64,000 nt of DNA from Selaginella moellendorffii. Its lineage: Eukaryota > Plantae > Lycopodiophyta. Below are positions 60,953-64,000 of the stretch, one piece after another. The stretch lies in NCBI RefSeq assembly GCF_000143415.4, contig NW_003314366.1:186001-250000 (forward strand), written 5' to 3'. The translations under genes and the position numbers were made by a program. Under the pieces are notes generated by a model. That model was not told the origin of the DNA, did not search any database, and was given only the letters and a program-made list of their open reading frames with translations. Numbering within the stretch: position 1 is the first letter of the stretch; each line of letters opens with the position of its first letter.

Positions 60953-62840
60953 CAAGTCAATTTTACCATCTACAATATTAGCGAATGGTGCTTCCGATGG
61001 TCGTTGAGAGGGTTTTGGTCGAGGAAACGTGAAGGGCGGAAATACTCTCCTCTGCAATATGGGGTCAATCGCATCCGATGGCGTGTGGGCACATGCCATT
61101 TCAGCTGTAGACTCTGGTACAACTGGCTCAACAGTGGCATGGGGTGGTTCCGATGGCGTGTGATCACACGCCATTTCAGCTGGTGCCTCCGTTGGCAAAG
61201 TGGACATGACCGAACAGGCAGCAGGGGCGGTGTAGGGAGGTTCCAACGGCGCATAGTCAGACGATTGGGCACACGTTGAGTCCGTTGGAAATGAGGATAC
61301 GACCGGCTCGGCGGCTGGGGCGGCCTCATGCGGGTCCAATGGCGCCTGGTCACCGTCAGTTGGATACGTGGACAAGATTGACTCAGTGGTATGGGCAGCA
61401 TCAAGTGGAGCGTGGTCAGCTTGCTTGGCGTTGATATGGATAGTAGCCTCCACCAGCTCTGATGACTCTTGCAGGCAAGTAGAGTCCACTGGCGGATCCA
61501 TATGCATGTCCAAATATCTCCCTTCAATTGAGATGGTATCCTCCCGTGCTACTAAAAACAAACTCATTAGCACATTGAATCGACTATACTGATTTACCAT
61601 CAACTGCTATTGAGGAACTAGGACCGATATCACTTGGGCGCACTGCTGATTTTGAAGGATTGGACATACGTTTCGACCCTTGCTTGGCACTATCCTTCCT
61701 CGACACTAAAGGCTAGAGTTTGTAAATTCAACTGAATAATCTCTACTTACCATTTGCTCTGCGACCTACATGGACAATGTTAGAAATGGTAAAAGGTTAA
61801 GAATGGATGTACTATTATTTACCTGATGGTTTGTCTTGTATGACCTTCCTCCGCTGCTCTTTGGCCACCTCAGGCTGGCCATCGTCGTCATCATCGTCGT
61901 CGTCGTTATTGTGATCGTCACCATTGTGAGGACCATCCAAGTCCTCTTCGTCCTCCTCTTCTTCGTCCTCCTCTTCTTTGTCCTCCTCTTCGTCCTTCTG
62001 CTCTTCCTGCTCATTATCTTTCTCTGGCTCCTCATCCCCCTCCTGCATTTCTTCCATAGGCTGCTCAGGCTGGATGGCTTGTTCTTCCAGGACCATCTTG
62101 GGAAAATCATCTGGCCGAGTCTCCATCTCAAAATACAAGACATCCATAGCCTGTTTTAGTGCGTGACCTAGGACCGTATCCTCACCCGACTGTCTTAACA
62201 TGGTTTCTGCACGTTCTTGCACCCTTCGAAGACGATGAGATGAGAAAAACGTGGCCCTGACTTGAAAAGCATCCCTCATCCATTGTACCTCTCCATTGAG
62301 ATTGGGGAAGGGGAGTCTGCCATAGGAATCTGAGTCAAGAGGTGGTGACTGCCTGCTTTCACTCAGCCCTTGATCTGCAATGAATGGCATGAGCACACAC
62401 GCCATAACCGCGAGGCATTACCTATCATCTTTTCGTTGCCCTTATTCCTTTTTGAATCAAACGCCTCTGATCTCGATGACTGTCCAACGTGCTTTCGCTT
62501 TTTATGACCACTGTCAGTTTGAGCTTGGCTGGTGCTTGCCTGTTTTGCCTTTGAAGAAGTGTCTCCTGCAAGGAATGGCATGAGACCACACATCATTGCA
62601 AATATAATTTGTACCTCCTTTTTTCCTATTGCTTGTCTGTTTGTCCTTCTTCGATGTGCCACCAGTGCGCTTTTCAGTCCTTGTGTCTGAATATTCACAA
62701 CGATCTATAATCAAAATGGCGTGAGGCCTCACGTGACCTTACCTTGTGCAGGTTGTGAGCTCGGCCCAACATGGGTATCTTCAACAGTAGCTGTTAACGT
62801 TGTTTCAGCATCTGGGGGTGGCCACGCTCCTGCATACAGA
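60953..62840 (-). CDS. Low-complexity exons (acidic D/E tract, basic linker, Pro/Ala/Thr repeats), probably part of the same spliced element gene
   Basis: ORFs 61815-62405 and 60935-61603 plus small GT-AG-bounded segments. Confidence 0.5.
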
Positions 62841-62862
62841 GCTTGTGAGATAACATTTAAAC

Positions 62863-63885
62863 TTAAAGTGTGTACTCACCAGGTTCGCAGAGAAGATACT
62901 GTTTTTCTTTGGCAACTGTAATTATATGCTCCATTGAAGTCACCTCTTCAATGGAGTTTGTCACCGCAACACACGGGACACCCTTGAGTAGTGCGGCTCG
63001 AAAGAATAGTCTGCCGCTGTTGTACTCGACAACGCATTTGCCCTTGGAGTCGAAAGCAGGTGACCCACCCGCTATTGCGTTGAAGACCCAGCTGAGCATT
63101 TCCCATGCTGCACCTGGAGCTTTCTTTGGATTCGAAAGCTCCATAGCCGTCTTTAGTTCCTCAGGCACGGGTAAATTGACCTCCCTCAGATCAATTGGAT
63201 TGGCCTTGTCGTACGAAGTTGGGAAGTCACTCCAATCCCACTCTGCTGCAAGACCAATAACAAGGGCAAGTGTGAAGATGCGGACATTCGTTGGTATCTT
63301 CTTCTTAGCCATTATCCCATGGATCTCCCGCATCTCCTTGCCTTTCAACCGAGCCTTCACCTCGGACGTCGGCTTGAGCTTGACCACCCTTTTCTGCTTC
63401 GGGGTAGTTTCCAGATCGACCCCCTTCCCCTTCGCTTCGCGAACTGGAGGCACTCTCAACGGCTCAATGTTGGAATATAGTTTTTGAACATCGCCGTAGG
63501 TGAGGTCCGTGGATTCCATGTGATCTTCATAGACCCGCAGCGTCTTTGAAATTGTGGGCCTCCTGGACAACCTCTCCCTAGCTCCCTCTAGGAATTCCTC
63601 ATAGCCGCTGCCCCCCTCCGGGAAGCCGCTAGGATGTGCAAGGTGGATCTTGAAGGCGGACGCTGTCTCTACCACAAGTGCCAGTCCATATTCTTGCATG
63701 GAACTGCATGGAGTGTCTGTCACTTGGATGAGGATCCCCATGCATTCTTTTCTCCCACCATCTGTGTTGTACAGCCTCAGATCCTCGCCTTCCATCCCGA
63801 AAGTCCAACTGGTGAGCTCCTCCCCCTTCTTTGCATCCACATTGATAGTGGCTGGAAGAAGAACGCAATTCCTCGCCTGTTCAGA
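62863..63885 (-). CDS. Element gene copy 2: shared N-terminus joined in frame to a DNA-methylase-like C-terminal segment
   Basis: First ~179 aa near-identical to the 44652-46322 ORF; then KKAPGAAWEMLSWVF...GKCVVEYNSGRLFFRAALLKGVPCVAV; splice donor near 62878. Confidence 0.55.
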   Translation of the reverse strand, partial: SEQARNCVLLPATINVDAKKGEELTSWTFGMEGEDLRLYNTDGGRKECMGILIQVTDTPCSSMQEYGLALVVETASAFKIHLAHPSGFPEGGSGYEEFLEGARERLSRRPTISKTLRVYEDHMESTDLTYGDVQKLYSNIEPLRVPPVREAKGKGVDLETTPKQKRVVKLKPTSEVKARLKGKEMREIHGIMAKKKIPTNVRIFTLALVIGLAAEWDWSDFPTSYDKANPIDLREVNLPVPEELKTAMELSNPKKAPGAAWEMLSWVFNAIAGGSPAFDSKGKCVVEYNSGRLFFRAALLKGVPCVAVTNSIEEVTSMEHIITVAKEKQYLLCEPGEYTL

Positions 63886-64000
63886 AATGCACAACAATTA
63901 GAGCTAACAAATGAAAAGCTAGCAGCTGGAAATAATGTGAGGCCACACGCCATTCACCACTGCATCAGATGCCTTGAGGCTACATCCTAAGATGGCGTGA

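Larger units (their letters stand above)
59614..64000. mobile_element. Large multi-gene DNA element, copy 2 (continues beyond window)
   Basis: Same terminus as 44430 in a different flank; shares two blocks with copy 1; same 22-bp palindromes. Confidence 0.8.

Noticed and set aside
44530-64000. 22-bp palindromes as a CRISPR array
   Set aside because: Spacing is irregular (about 55 bp to kilobases), copies are degenerate and lie in introns and ORFs, there are no cas genes, and the context is eukaryotic.

Overview
Eukaryotic nuclear DNA from a very gene-dense, short-intron land plant. A lycophyte such as Selaginella is inferred from 45-90 bp GT-AG introns, a short-repeat PPR-DYW gene and a flagellar CASC1/IC97-like gene. 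Bases 1-41.4 kb hold about 16 tightly packed host genes: NPSN SNARE, ZCRB1-like, FKBP12, TRAP-alpha, CSN1, GH29 fucosidase, LC8, TOM1-like, CBL, RH3-like helicase, GT8/GUX, CGEP peptidase, asparaginase, a SAM methyltransferase, a citrate-binding/PL7-like protein, CASC1-like, RING-CH and PPR-DYW. An accessory island at 18-26.5 kb carries duplicated CGEP fragments, a Crinkler/RHS-type NTPase-nuclease-PHD gene with one nonsense codon, and a MORC pseudogene. Bases 41.8-59.4 kb are an old Ty3/gypsy element with three nested insertions: a large multi-gene DNA element, a Cassandra (5S-containing) TRIM and a chromovirus derivative. A second copy of the multi-gene element starts at about 59.6 kb and runs off the window. 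The most striking feature is this element family. It combines an intact Sola-type DDD transposase with a divergent spliced gene carrying ParB/Srx-like, DNA-methylase-like and NIF/HAD-phosphatase-like segments. It is also studded with about 20 copies of a 22-bp palindrome (ATGGCRTG-n6-CAYGCCAT) reminiscent of parS sites. All domain calls are by eye and need HMM or structure confirmation.
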